Shown piece after piece: positions 52,631 to 64,000 of a stretch of DNA of 64,000 bases. The translations under genes were made by a program, and so were the position numbers. This DNA comes from Octopus vulgaris. Lineage: Eukaryota. The stretch's first letter is position 1. Each line of letters begins with the position of its first letter. Under the pieces are notes generated by a model. It saw nothing but the letters and a program-made list of their open reading frames with translations. It was not told the DNA's origin and searched no databases. The stretch is from contig OX597823.1 in assembly GCA_951406725.2 (NCBI GenBank), positions 16,058,001 through 16,122,000 of the forward strand. The letters run 5' to 3'.

Positions 52631-53025
52631 ATTATTTACATTATTTACATTATTTACATTTGACGGATATTAGTCCTCATCTTGTTTGTTGTTAACACAA
52701 CGTTTCGGCTGATATACCCGCCAGCCTTCTTCAGGTGTCTTGGGGAAATTTCGAACCTGGGTTCTCATTCATAAGATATTTTTCGATGCTATTATTATTA
52801 TTGTTGTTGTTGTTGTGTGTGCCTTGGGTATGTGCTGTGCATCTTTTTTCTGTTGTTATTCCATAATGTTGGCATAGCTTCCAATGTATGTAGGTTCCAA
52901 CTCTATTATTATTATTATTATTATTATTCAGGTCACTGCTTGGAATCGAACTCGGAGTCTTGGGGTTAGTAGCCCGTGCTCTTAACCACCACACCATATG
53001 GCGTAGTGGTTAAGAGCACGGGCTA
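52631..53025 (-). mobile_element. tRNA-headed SINE-like element with a 3' hammerhead, (GTAAATAAT)3 tail and inverted 5' duplication
   Basis: A box GGTGTGGTGGTTAAG, B box GAGTTCGATTCC, HHR at 52694-52739, palindrome at 52970-53025. Confidence 0.7.
52694..52739 (-). ncRNA. Type I minimal hammerhead ribozyme
   Basis: GACAC-CTGAAGA-A-GGCTG gcgggtatat CAGCC-GAAAC-GTT-GTGTT. Confidence 0.8.
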
Positions 53026-53347
53026 TTTATATCAGACCAAAGTCTATTCTGTCTAGGACTATAGGACTACATTATGTATCTTTCTATTTTTAAGATGGTA
53101 GAATAGTTCGAAGGAAATTTGACTGCTATTATTAATGAATTCAGCTACCGCATCGAGATGTTATTGATATAGGTGAAACGAATGGGCGTTGAAAATTGAA
53201 CTGGAAATATGTTTGTGGTTTCGGTTGGCTGAGAGAACATCCTTTATTTGCATTTTCTTTCTACATTATCCATGACAGTACTTAATAACTATTTAGAAAA
53301 TATCACATTCCATGTCAGTTTAGCAAAGCGTGTATGTGAAATAGGGT

Positions 53348-53384
<37 letters not shown>

Positions 53385-53440
53385 GGGCAGACAGACAGAC
53401 AAAGACAGACAGACAAACAGACAGACAAACAGACAGACAA

Positions 53441-53483
<43 letters not shown>

Positions 53484-53692
53484 GATAGAGGCAGTGACAG
53501 AGAGAAATAAGATACGCAGGTAGGTCTCTGGCACTAGCGTCGCTAGAGGAGACGGAGGGTGGTCCACCCCGGACGGCACTTTTATGGGGGCGGCACCACC
53601 TTTGGGTCTGCTGTAGGCAATACGTATTTTTGTGGCTCCTGGGGGTGGCAAACTGAATGGCCGCCCCGGGCAGCACACACTCTAGCTACGAA

Positions 53693-53912
53693 CCCTTTCA
53701 TTACCAACCCGGCTAAAACCGGCTCTGGCTCTGAGTACAAATGTCATGTTTTCATTAGTTTTGAATTAAAATCTTCCATCAAACCTTAGTCACAGTTTAT
53801 GTTCCTAATACTAGCTGAATGATAACTAAGTTATTTTACAAAATTCTTTGTTATATTTAAAGTAATTGAAAGAAACACAGAGCATCTCAACAGAAATACA
53901 GTAACGAAAGGG
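53693..53912. mobile_element. piggyBac-type MITE
   Basis: TIRs CCCTTTCATTAC / GTAACGAAAGGG. TTAA on the right, degenerate on the left. Confidence 0.7.
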
Positions 53913-55048
53913 TTAAGGAAACTATAAAAGTGAAGGAATTGAGGCGATAGGGTTATTGAAGTCCAGTGTTGTGCTTGAGCAGGTAGACTATTGTCAACGT
54001 CTCGTTATGTCTTTCGGCAGCGAATTGACAATTAGAGTTTAAACACCCGGGAATAGCAGCCCTATGGAAGAAGTCTTGGTTATGTCAAATTTATTATTTG
54101 ATTGAGATATTTGACATCCTGCTAATTACAAAACTTATCTTAATGTTAATTATTGATTTCAAATTTCGACTCCAGGCCAACAATTTCGATCCCTATGTCC
54201 AACTGGTACTTATTTTATCGACCCCGAAAGGATGAAAGACAATGTTGACCTGGATAGAATTTGAACTCAAAAATGTCGGTATAGCGTTTGTCCGGTGTGC
54301 TAACGATTCTACCAACTCCCTGCCGAAATTGATGAAAAATTATCAGCGAAGGAAGACAAATTTAGCAATGGCCTAGATAGATTACTGCGAGGCATATGAC
54401 ATGATACCACATTCATGAAATCCCTGAATGTTTGAACATGTTTGCAAAGAATATCAAGAGTTTTTTTTTTGTTTTGTTTTTTTAAGAAAAGGGACAGAAA
54501 GTTGGAAAACTGATGGCCAGAACTTAGGAACGTTAAGAATCAAGAGAGGGGTTACTTAAGGTGACAGTCTGTCTCCTTTACTATTTGTTTTATGTATGAT
54601 CCTTTTAGCATTACTGCTAAGCAAAGTAACATCTGAATATCAGTTTTAAAAGAAACAGAGAAAGAATCGACCATCTAATTTTCATGGATGATCTCAAGCT
54701 CTATGGTAAGTACGAAGCACAAGTCAGTTCTTTAGTGAATACAGCTCATTGCTTTAACAAGGCTATCGAAATAGAGTTTGGTCTAAAAAATATATGGAGA
54801 AATATTTCTGGAAAGCGGGAGAGTCGACCGGAACAAGCACTTAAAGCAAATTACACTGAATGCAGGATTAACAATACAGCTGGTGATGACAATTGAAAGG
54901 GGTGCGGTGATTAAATTGAGAATGTATCGCATATTGTGAATGAGCGTACGAAACTGACTCGAAAAAGAATACCAAAGAAGACGGGAATGTAGCAAGAATG
55001 ATTCATAGCGAACTATGTGGCAAATATGGGCTGAATAGAACTAAGATG

Positions 55049-55681
55049 GGATCTTTTCGGTTTGAACGGCAGTTTTTAACATAATTTCTAGGTAACTAAA
55101 AAAATTTAAACCTCGTATACTGGTAGAATTTGTTTATAAAACATCTTTTTCTCTTGGCTTTTTTTTTTTTTTTTTTTGTACATGTTTCAGTCATTTTGAC
55201 TGCGGTCATGCTGGAGCACCGCCTTTAGAGTGGTGAAAGAGTACAGCAGGGATCACCACCATCCCCTGCCGGAGCCTCGTGGAGCTTTTAGGTGTTTTCG
55301 CTCAATAAACACACACAACGCCCGGTCTGGGAATCGAAACCGCGATCCTCCGACCGCAAGTCCGCTGCCCTAACCACTAGGCCATTGCGCCTCCACATAG
55401 GCTTTATTGAGAAAATTCTATAGTTTGTAAGATATTTGTTGTTTTTTTCTTCAATTTCTGCAATTTCAACCAATCATTGAGTTAAACATTCTGTCCCTCG
55501 TTTAAGAAACAGATTGGGTTTATTTACATTTGTGAAGAAAAAAAAGATACCCTTCCCCCCATCCCAAACCCTAACCCTAAAAAAGATTGAAATGCAATAG
55601 ATCGATACTAGGGTCATAATTATAGGTGACAATTTCATAAGACACCGCTAGAAAAAACTGCCGTTCAAACCGAAAAGATCC
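55049..55681. mobile_element. Merlin-like MITE containing SINE fragments
   Basis: TIRs GGATCTTTTCGGTTTGAACGGCAGTTTTT / AAAAACTGCCGTTCAAACCGAAAAGATCC. Perfect 8-bp TSD CTAAGATG. GG termini with an 8-bp TSD fit Merlin. Confidence 0.8.
55180..55397 (-). mobile_element. Chimeric SINE: family A head joined to family B tail
   Basis: 55229-55397 is the reverse complement of the family A 5' part. 55180-55227 is the reverse complement of the family B 3' end. Confidence 0.75.
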
Positions 55682-56194
55682 CTAAGATGTGGTAAGGGTA
55701 AATCCCCGAATCGAGAATAACAAGTTAAAAGCCGATAGTACTTTTAATGATCCACTGATCATGAAGAACATCGAAAGACACTTATAGTGGTTGTGAATAA
55801 AGAAGATAAAAACCTGTGCAATCATAGATATTACATGCTCTGCTGACGCTAGAGTATCAGAAAGAGAAGAGAAACAGGACAGATATGATAATTTGAAGAG
55901 GGAAATATAAATACTGTGGTTATAGAAACAGATGAATATTATACCTGTTGTTGTTGGATTCTTGGATACTATTAGTACAAAACTAACAAACAGGATGGAA
56001 CAGACACGGTTGCATGTAAAAACAGAGCATCTACAGAAATCAACGTTGCTTGAAACTACATGAATGGACCCTCCGCCGAGTCCTCGAAATCTCCATGAAA
56101 AGTATTACTTTAGTCGACTGATTGAAGGCAGCTGACACTTAGCAACAATCTTTTGCAAAATTGCTGTGTTAAACACGATAGAATGATTATAATA

Positions 56195-56372
56195 ACGGTT
56201 TCAAATTTTAGCACAATGCCAGCTATTTTGGGGGTGGGGCATGGATAAGTCGATTACATTGACCCCAGTGTTCAACTGGTACTTATTTTATCGACCCCCG
56301 AAAGGATGAAGGGCAAAATCAACCTCGGCGGATTTTGAACTCAGAACGTAAAGACAAACGAAATGCCGCTAA
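56195..56372 (-). mobile_element. SINE family C
   Basis: Reverse-complement match. A related copy lies at 54150-54325. Confidence 0.75.
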
Positions 56373-56621
56373 ATAATATCTTGAGTAAAGATGAGAACTG
56401 TTTGAAACTGCTGGTGGAAAATCTCATTCCTATTATACAATACTCGCTTTAAAATTGAAGCATGCAATGGATAATATTATTATCGTAGACGTACATTATC
56501 CGGATCACATTTGAAATTAGACTGCATATTTGATCAGGGTCGACCTGGGACTAGAAATTAAACGACACACAAGAGAACTACTGTTGTTTTTTGATACTAC
56601 AAGTCTCAAACGATTCCTTTT

Positions 56622-56666
<45 letters not shown>

Positions 56667-57049
56667 CACAACTTATATTGTAGGCTCGATTTGATTGGCT
56701 AAACCATTCAAGGTAATTCCCATACCTTCTTTCGGTTGGACATTGCATTCAAATAGTGAGTCATATTCACCACGATAATGTGCAACCACACACATCTTTG
56801 GCAACAGTGTACACCTGAATTTTTTTCAAAGAGGATTTGAGAGTTGACTACAACAATAGTGCAGATGCATCGCTTGCGATGGAAACTATGTTGATTAGTA
56901 TAGAGTAAGAGTTATTCTACCAACAAATGCCATGTGTAATTTAAACTACCTATGTTAGTTAATAAGAAAGCTATATCTATTTTTTCATTACACTCGGTAT
57001 AACTCTCGCAGAAGCAAGCAACGGAAAGCGTCATTGTATAATCTTGCTT

Positions 57050-58200
57050 ACAATTTAGAAGTAATATATGCATCACCAGAGAATTCCGAAACCTAATAAA
57101 TTTGACTGAATCTTATAAAAATGAGAATAAAGTCAGATTTTTTTTACCGTTTCCAACTTCGCTGAATCCTTGAATCTCAAATGGCGTGCGATACCTCGCA
57201 CACCATTTCATCGTGTATTTGATATAAGACGAAGGAAAATTGCATCGAATTATCAGAACGACGTCATGCAAATAGTGTCGGACACCACGTGAGAATGGCC
57301 AGCATCGTTAAAAGAGGAGGAGGAAGAAAGGAACAAAGATTAAATTTGACAAATCGGTAAGCTGGTTGTTCGGCAACTGGAGAGGCGACATGCCGCCGGT
57401 CAGCGTCGTGAAACGCTTGACAGACAAATTGGTTAAGTTGCTTGAGATTTGGCTCGGTTCGGATCTTCAGATGAATATGAACTCATAAGGTCACAACAAG
57501 AGCAGCCCATTCCTGGGCAGTAAGATGTATTTTCTACATCGCATCTCTTTAAAGGAACTGTAGATCTTAACTAAGCGAAGACCAAAACTAGTTCGTGGAA
57601 TGCTATGAGGCGCTCACAATCTTCTATCAGTTGAGCGATGTGGTCGAAGTAACTTTTGCATTACCATTTTGTAGAGGACTTATTGTGGAGGAGAGTGAGT
57701 ACGTTCTCAGAGAAAGTCGACGAGACTGAACTGTCTAGACTGTTCTGGGGAACTATTGACACGGAAGCTACAGACAACTTCTAAAAATCCTCAACTTGGA
57801 AGCACTATTGCGTTGAGGTCATTACCGGTTCGAGATAGACTTTAAATGAATGAAAGAGCCATCAGCCGAGCCTGTTCATGAAGTACGCAGAATAATGATA
57901 TCGTTCTACACGTACCTATTCAGTTCTCAGTACTCGAGCGTTACTAACATGTAGAGTTATGTATAACAGTTTTGTCGAGTGTGGGAGGGATAGCGACCGA
58001 TGCCCGATCAAAAGGACTTCTCCGCCTCCCTTTAGCCGGGAAAATTTAGCAGTTTTCTCTTTGGTGGGTATGGTGAGAGAGGTTTCGCGGTAGAGGACAC
58101 TGAAAAAACTGAGAACAGACACTTTCCTCTTCGATCGAGCCTTCATCGACGTTTTCGAGTTTCTCTTAATGAAAGAAGTTAGAGAAAAGAAAAGATGATG
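57050..58200 (+). mobile_element. Highly decayed L1/Tx1-like ORF2 fragment
   Basis: Remnants VKLLEIWLGSDLQM and LPVRDRL, with many stops. Confidence 0.45.
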
Positions 58201-58449
58201 CTGTTAGTAAATTTATTAAAATGTAGGTATGAACATGACCGACTGACTTAAGATCAGTATACACGTGTAGGTTGAAAAATAACATTTGAAAAAGAATACT
58301 TCTTGGTGTTCAGGGTAATCCGTGACCTGTAATGCTCCTTGGTTTTCCCTTAAGTAGTTCCACTCCCTCCTCAATTGGAGAATTTTTATTTGCTGTTATT
58401 TTATTGTTACCAGTTATTGATATGTTTATTACCTGTATAATCTCCCACT

Positions 58450-58772
58450 GTGAAGGCGCATGGCTCAGTGGTTAGAGTGTCGAGCTTACTATCGCGAGGT
58501 TGTGAGCTCGAATCCCCGGACCGGGCTGCCTGTTGTGTTCTTGAGCAAGACACTTTTTTTCTCATTGCTCCAGTTCACTCAGCTGTAGAAATGAGTTGCG
58601 ACGTCACATCGGTCTTTGCTTTTCCCTTGGATAACACTGGTGGCGTGGAGAAGGGGAGGCCGTTATGCATGGGTGACTGCTGATCTTCCATAAACAACCT
58701 TGCGCGGACTTGTGCCTGGGAGGGTAACTTTCTAAGTGCAATCCCATGGTCAGTCATGGGGGTCTCAGACAG
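58450..58772 (+). mobile_element. tRNA-derived SINE, family D
   Basis: TGGCTCAGTGG A box, GAGCTCGAATCCC B box, body GTGTTCTTGAGCAAGACAC shared with 51281-51534. Confidence 0.82.
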
Positions 58773-58849
58773 ACAAGCTCTCACTGCTTTTTATTACGAT
58801 CCTTTATCGCTAACTTCTTGTTCATTGAGGCCAATAAAATGATAATAAT

Positions 58850-59040
58850 ATTTTTCTGCAATAGGCACAAGGCCTGGAATTGTGGAGGGGGGAATGGGAC
58901 ACTTTTTTACTGGTATTTTATCGGCCTCGAAAGGATAATATGAAAAGGTGACCTCGGCGGAATTTGAACTCAGGCTGTGAAGATGGGCGAAATGCCGCTA
59001 CATATTTTATTCGGTGCTTTAACGATTCTGCCACTTACCC
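58850..59040 (-). mobile_element. Diverged SINE family C
   Basis: Reverse-complement match. Confidence 0.7.
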
Positions 59041-59740
59041 GTTTTAGCTTCACCTTCTTTTAATAATGGCTTCAAATTTTGGCACAAGCCTAGAAAGTTC
59101 GTGTGTGCGTTCTAGTCGATTACATCGGCCCTAGTTCTCAACTGGTATTTATTTCTTCGACCTTAGTAGAATTGTTGACGCCACGGACAAAATGCTCTTT
59201 AGTATTTGTACTTGGGTCTATTACGTTTCAAGTTCAAATCCAACTGATGTCAACTTTGTCTATACAAGAACAACTGATACTGATTAGTTCTAGTTCTAAT
59301 GATATCTAAGTAACGTACTTATATACCGCAAATAGAACTGAGTCACCACAAATCTGTTATTGTATAAACGTCGCTTACGATGGAACGAATATGGTTTTGT
59401 GTCTTATACAGGTCACCAGATAAGCAACGTATTCATCTGATAATCATGTTGATCATCAGATAAAACAATATTACTTAATTTGGTTTTTCCGTCAATTTTA
59501 AGCCGGATGTACTCCAGCTTCTTAGACAAACACTGAAGCAGTACTTCAGGACCAATCGCAAGTAGCTTACAACAGTAAAAGTCTCTCGTCATACGAAATT
59601 TTCTTTTAGCTTTCGTTTTTTAATTATTGGTACTTTTAGGAGGAACGGGTGCAAAATATAATTATGTGTCCTATGTGACAGTGTTTGAAAGGCTCGTATG
59701 CTAATAAGATCGTCATTTACTGAATTTTCTCTTGCAATAC

Positions 59741-60322
59741 AGGCGGCGAGCTAGCAGAATCGTTAGCACGTCGGGCGAAATGCTTAGCGGTATTTCGTCT
59801 GCCGTTACGTTCTGAGTTCAAATTCCGCCGAGGTCGACTTTGCCTTTCATCCTTTCGGGGTCGATAAATTAAGTACCAGTTAAGCACTGGGGTCGATATA
59901 ATCGACTTAATACCTATGTCTGTCCATGTTTGTCCCCTCTATGTTCAGCCCCTTGTGGGTAATAAAGAAATAGGTATTTCGTCTGCCGCTACGTTCTGTG
60001 TTCAAATTACGCCGAGGTCGACTTTGCCTTTCATCCTTTCGGGGTCAATTAAATAAGTACCAGTTACGCACTGGGGTTGATATAATCAACTTAATCCGTT
60101 TGTCTGTCCTTGCTGTCCTCTTTGTGTTTAGCTCCTTGTGGGTAGTAAAGAAATACGTATTTCGTTTGTCTTTACGTTCTGCGTTCAAATTCCGCCGAGA
60201 TCGACTTTGCCTTTCATCCATTCGGGGTCGAAAATTAAGTAACAGTTGCGTACTGGGGTTGATGTAATCGACTGCCCACCTCCCACCAAAATTTCGGGCC
60301 ATGTGCCTAGAGCAGAAAAAGA
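59741..60322 (+). mobile_element. SINE family C, trimeric body
   Basis: One head plus three body units of about 185 bp. Flanks TTTTCT(C/G)TTGCAAT look like a TSD. Confidence 0.88.
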
Positions 60323-60414
60323 ATTTTCTGTTGCAATTAACGGTGCTCCCGTTTTGTTTTCAGTTGTTGTGGTTTGACGCAGTGACTAATATGCTGGTTA
60401 ACCAAGAGATATCT

Positions 60415-60650
60415 CTTTTACTCTTTTTACTTGTTTCAGTCATTTGACTGTGGCCATGCTGGAGCACCGCCTTTAGTCGAGCAAATCGACCCCAGGACTT
60501 ATTCTTTGTAAGCCTAGTACTTATTCTACCGGTTCTTTTGCCGAACCGCTAAGTTACGGGGACCTAAACACACTACCATCGGTTGTCAAGCGATGGTGGG
60601 GAGGACAAACAGACAAACAAGCATACGCACACACACACATACATATATAA
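60415..60650 (-). mobile_element. SINE family B, 3' half (5' half at 63800-63962)
   Basis: Reverse-complement match. Interrupted at its internal (TA)n tract. Confidence 0.85.
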
Positions 60651-60666
60651 ATATATATATATATAC

Positions 60667-62957
60667 TAGCTGAAGGTGACCCGCTCTACGCGCGGGTAAG
60701 AGTGTGGTTGTTACTTTCTGTTGCTTCCTTTCAGCACGTAAAAAGCACCATCCGAACGTGGCGGATTGCAGCGCCGCCTTGACTGGCTTCTGTGCTGGTG
60801 GCACGTAAAAAGCACCAACCGATCGTGGCCGCTGCCAGCCCCCTTGGCACCTGTGCAGGCGGCACGAAAAAAGCACTCACTACGCTCACAGAGTGGTTGG
60901 CGTTAGGAAGGGCATACACCTGTCGAAACACTGCCAGATCAAACTGGAGCGTGGTGCAGCCTCCTGGCTTCCCAGACCCCTGTCAAACTGTCCAACCCGT
61001 GCTAGCACTTTGTTTCTTTCTCCTTTCTCTCTCACTTTCCCACTCTCTTACTCTTCCTTTCTCTCGGACTCTCCCTCGCTTTCTCTTACTCTCTATCTTT
61101 ATGTATCTCTCTCCCATTTATAAACAACAAAAGATCTTGAGTAAGTTGAGAAATAAAATATTTAGAAAGATCAATCATAAATATCAGGCAGTAACAACGG
61201 AAAGGTCTGCTTCAAGACAGACAGCAAAACACTAACATTTAAAAGGGACAGACGAACTTGCGAGCTGAATAAAAATAATAAAATATTGGAAACCAAAGTT
61301 TGAAGGGATAGAATTTGAGGATAGTAGAGTCACCATGGCTGGCATTTCTTAACGACGGACAGCAACGTATTGACAGTTCAACGGCTGGCGTAAAATTTTG
61401 AACTTGATGTAAAAGAAAATCCCTAAAAACCAAGTTTTGAATTGATTCTTTCTCACGACAGTAGACTCACGATGGCAAGCATTCAAAACTTCTTCATCAT
61501 GGACGGCAACACATTGACGATTAAAAGGCTGGCGCAATTTTTTTAGCTTGATGTAACAGAGAATTGCTAAACACCCGCTCCTTTAAATTTTAATCTCCTT
61601 CCAGCCCCATTTAGACCCCTTTTCACATTTTGGTTAATATAACCCGATTTCATTTGGGTCTAGTGGGGCCACATTTTATAAGATGAGGACTCAACCAAGT
61701 TTCCCAAGTTCTGGTCATAGACCATAGAATACTCAACCCATTTTTCCGAGTTCTGGTCATAGACCATAGAACAGTCAAGCAAGTTTCCCGAGTTCTGGTC
61801 ATTTGCAGAATAAATAGAGACGGCGGAGGTGGCAGACGTCGTTGCAATGTAAACATGATTTGTTATAAGAGAAAGATTGTCCAGATTGTGTGTTGGTGGT
61901 GGTGGTGGCGATGATAATTATCTTTAAGAATGGAGATAAAGAGAAATTGAATGGGAGTTAGAGGTAGAAAGAGAAGGTGTAAATTTTGGAGTGAATCCGA
62001 CGGGATGTAGTGGGCTTTAACCCCGGCAAAAAAAATAATATCTGTTGCGTTTCTGAAAGAGGTGAAGTAGGAATATTGAAACTTTTGCGGCTGTCATTGA
62101 TAGACTCGTTGTAGAATAAATAGAGACGGCGAAAAAAAGAGAGCTCGAGAAAGAAAAGGTGATATATGAAAGAGAGGACGGGAAAATGAAATATTTTGCA
62201 ATGTAAACATGATTTGTTTTAAGAGAAAGATTGTCATGATTGTGTGTTGGTGGTGTTGGTGGTGGCGATGATAATTATCATTAGGAAAAAGAGTGAGTGA
62301 GTGAGGAAGACATACATAAGTTGTGGCGATGATAATTGTAGACCCCTTTTCACATTTTGATGAAGAGAACCCGATTTCATTCGGGTGTACTGGGGCCACA
62401 TATAGGTGTGTGTGTGTGTGCACGCTGTAGAAATTAAATTAGAGATAAAACTACTAATAGGGAAATGAAACAGTAAAAAACCAAAAACAAAAACAAAAAT
62501 AAAAATATAATATTAGATATATGTATGTGTGTGTGTGTTGACAGGTAGACAATAGAATGCGATGGCGATGGCGAGGGCGATGTAATATTTGTTTCTGTCT
62601 ATGAACGCTGATAGATACATGAGTAAAATGTATGGGAAGCTAAGAGATAAGAGTGAGTGAAAATGTTCTTGGAAGAGAGGAAATAGCGAGAGAGTGATTT
62701 GAGGAAGACTTTACATTAAATAACTGGAGTGGACTTGTCAAATGAAGAGGAGTGAGAGGGTACTGGAGGAAATAGGGTGAGTGGGGAAGATGACCCCTAG
62801 CAACCACACCTTTTAAGATAGGGATTTCTAAGGTAGCCCACGAGCATCGTCACCTCATTCTACATGTCCCTGTAAATTTTGGAGCGAATCGGACGGGATG
62901 TAGTGGCATTGAAAGCGATCCAAGCGGTAAAAACGCATTTCAGTTTTATATATAGAG
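60667..62957 (-). mobile_element. Non-autonomous Helitron, about 2.3 kb
   Basis: Minus 5' TCTCTATATATAAAA and 3' hairpin CCCGCGCGTAGAGCGGG then CAGCTAG. Internal duplicated blocks. Confidence 0.75.
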
Positions 62958-62961
62958 ATAT

Positions 62962-63054
<93 letters not shown>

Positions 63055-63775
63055 AGTAACAATGAAGGGTGAAATTAATTAATTTGGAATAATTATCAAT
63101 TACACCAAGTAGTCTTCGGCATGTAAAAGCCTCATTCGAGGAAAATTTAAGTAATACTAATTCGTTGCTAAACCCTTAATTGCTTAGTATTACTTAAATT
63201 TTCCTCGAATGAGGCTTTTTACATGCCGAAGACTACTTGGTGTAATTGATAATTATTCCAAATTAATTAATTTCACCCTTCATTGTTACTGATAACCATA
63301 TTCATCCCAGTAAATGACCACAGCACTTTGTCTTGGCTACACGCGGGTGGGAAGCGACTGGTGACACAAACTTTCATTCACACTTTGAATTTGGTGATAC
63401 TAGTTGTGGCTTCTAGCTCGCTCTGATACTGAGTTGAGTTGGTGCCTTCTAGTATCTCAAAATTCAATATACAATCATTCATGATTGTTTGTATCCTGCG
63501 CTGATGAGAGAAGAAGTTTGGGTAAGGTAGAATTATCTAATTCTTATGCTTTCCTAAGACTTGATTTCGAAACGTACGTCCGTAGGTGACTTAAAACTGT
63601 ATGATAGATTGCCGTCAATTCATTCTCTCTTACCTGTTTGTGTTTGCCTTTCAAATGCTGTGTTTTTACTGAGATCTCCTTTTAGTAGAAGAAATAGCTA
63701 TAATCTCTTTGACTGCTATTTCTAAATTCGGTGTGCGGTAAGGCAATTCGTTGCTAAACCCTTAATTGCTTAGTA
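63055..63775 (+). mobile_element. Penelope pLTR/retrozyme-like element: inverted 5' arm, partial direct repeat and hammerhead
   Basis: Palindrome arms 63055-63160 and 63184-63290. AATTCGTTGCTAAACCCTTAATTGCTTAGTAT repeated at 63159 and 63745. Flanked by (TA)n. Confidence 0.8.
63495..63586 (+). ncRNA. Type I hammerhead ribozyme with long stem II and palindromic stem III
   Basis: CCTGCG-CTGATGA-GAGA..(about 60 nt)..TTTC-GAAA-CGTAC-GTC-CGTAGG. Confidence 0.85.
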
Positions 63776-63799
63776 TATATATATATATATACATATATA

Positions 63800-63962
63800 C
63801 AACGGGCTTCTTTCAGTTTCCGTCTACCAAATCCACTCACAAGGCTTTGGTCAGCCCAAGACTATAGTAGAAGACACTTGCCCAAGCTGCCACGCAGTGG
63901 GACTGAACCCGGAACCATGTGGTTCGTAAGCAAGCTACTTACCACACAGCCACTCCCACGCC
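63800..63962 (-). mobile_element. SINE family B, 5' half
   Basis: Reverse-complement match to the head. Confidence 0.85.
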
Positions 63963-64000
63963 TTTGTGGTATCTCCTACATATCCGAAAGGCGAAGCGAA

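Larger units (their letters stand above)
54340..56095 (+). mobile_element. Decayed R4/Dong-like LINE interrupted by a MITE
   Basis: LAMA*IDYCEAYDMIPHS, GDSLSPLLFVLCMI, HLIFMDDLKLY, IIDITC, IIPVVVGFLG. Confidence 0.75.

Noticed and set aside
55563-55580. Interstitial telomere
   Set aside because: Only about 2-3 units, internal to a MITE.

Overview
AT-rich, microsatellite-saturated eukaryotic DNA. The SINE families and (TA)n/(TATG)n/(GATA)n/(AAT)n density suggest a coleoid cephalopod, probably Octopus (inference). The only host coding sequence I can support is one minus-strand exon of a CD73/NT5E-type 5'-nucleotidase (2063-2449). The rest is nested mobile DNA: several tRNA-derived SINE families, R4/Dong-type and Tx1/L1-type LINE fragments in specific microsatellites, an RTE fragment, a decayed Tc1, hAT and other DNA-transposon relics, MITEs and non-autonomous Helitrons. 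The main unexplained signal is a set of short non-coding elements in (TA)n tracts that carry long fold-back palindromes and hammerhead-ribozyme (HHR) motifs, resembling Penelope-like pLTRs or retrozymes. These include canonical minimal HHRs, HHRs with compensatory core pairs (C3-G8, U3-A8, G3-C8), a tRNA-headed SINE ending in an HHR, and a non-circularly permuted, pseudoknotted HHR-like fold with compensatory changes in three helices. All folds were read by eye and no activity is shown.
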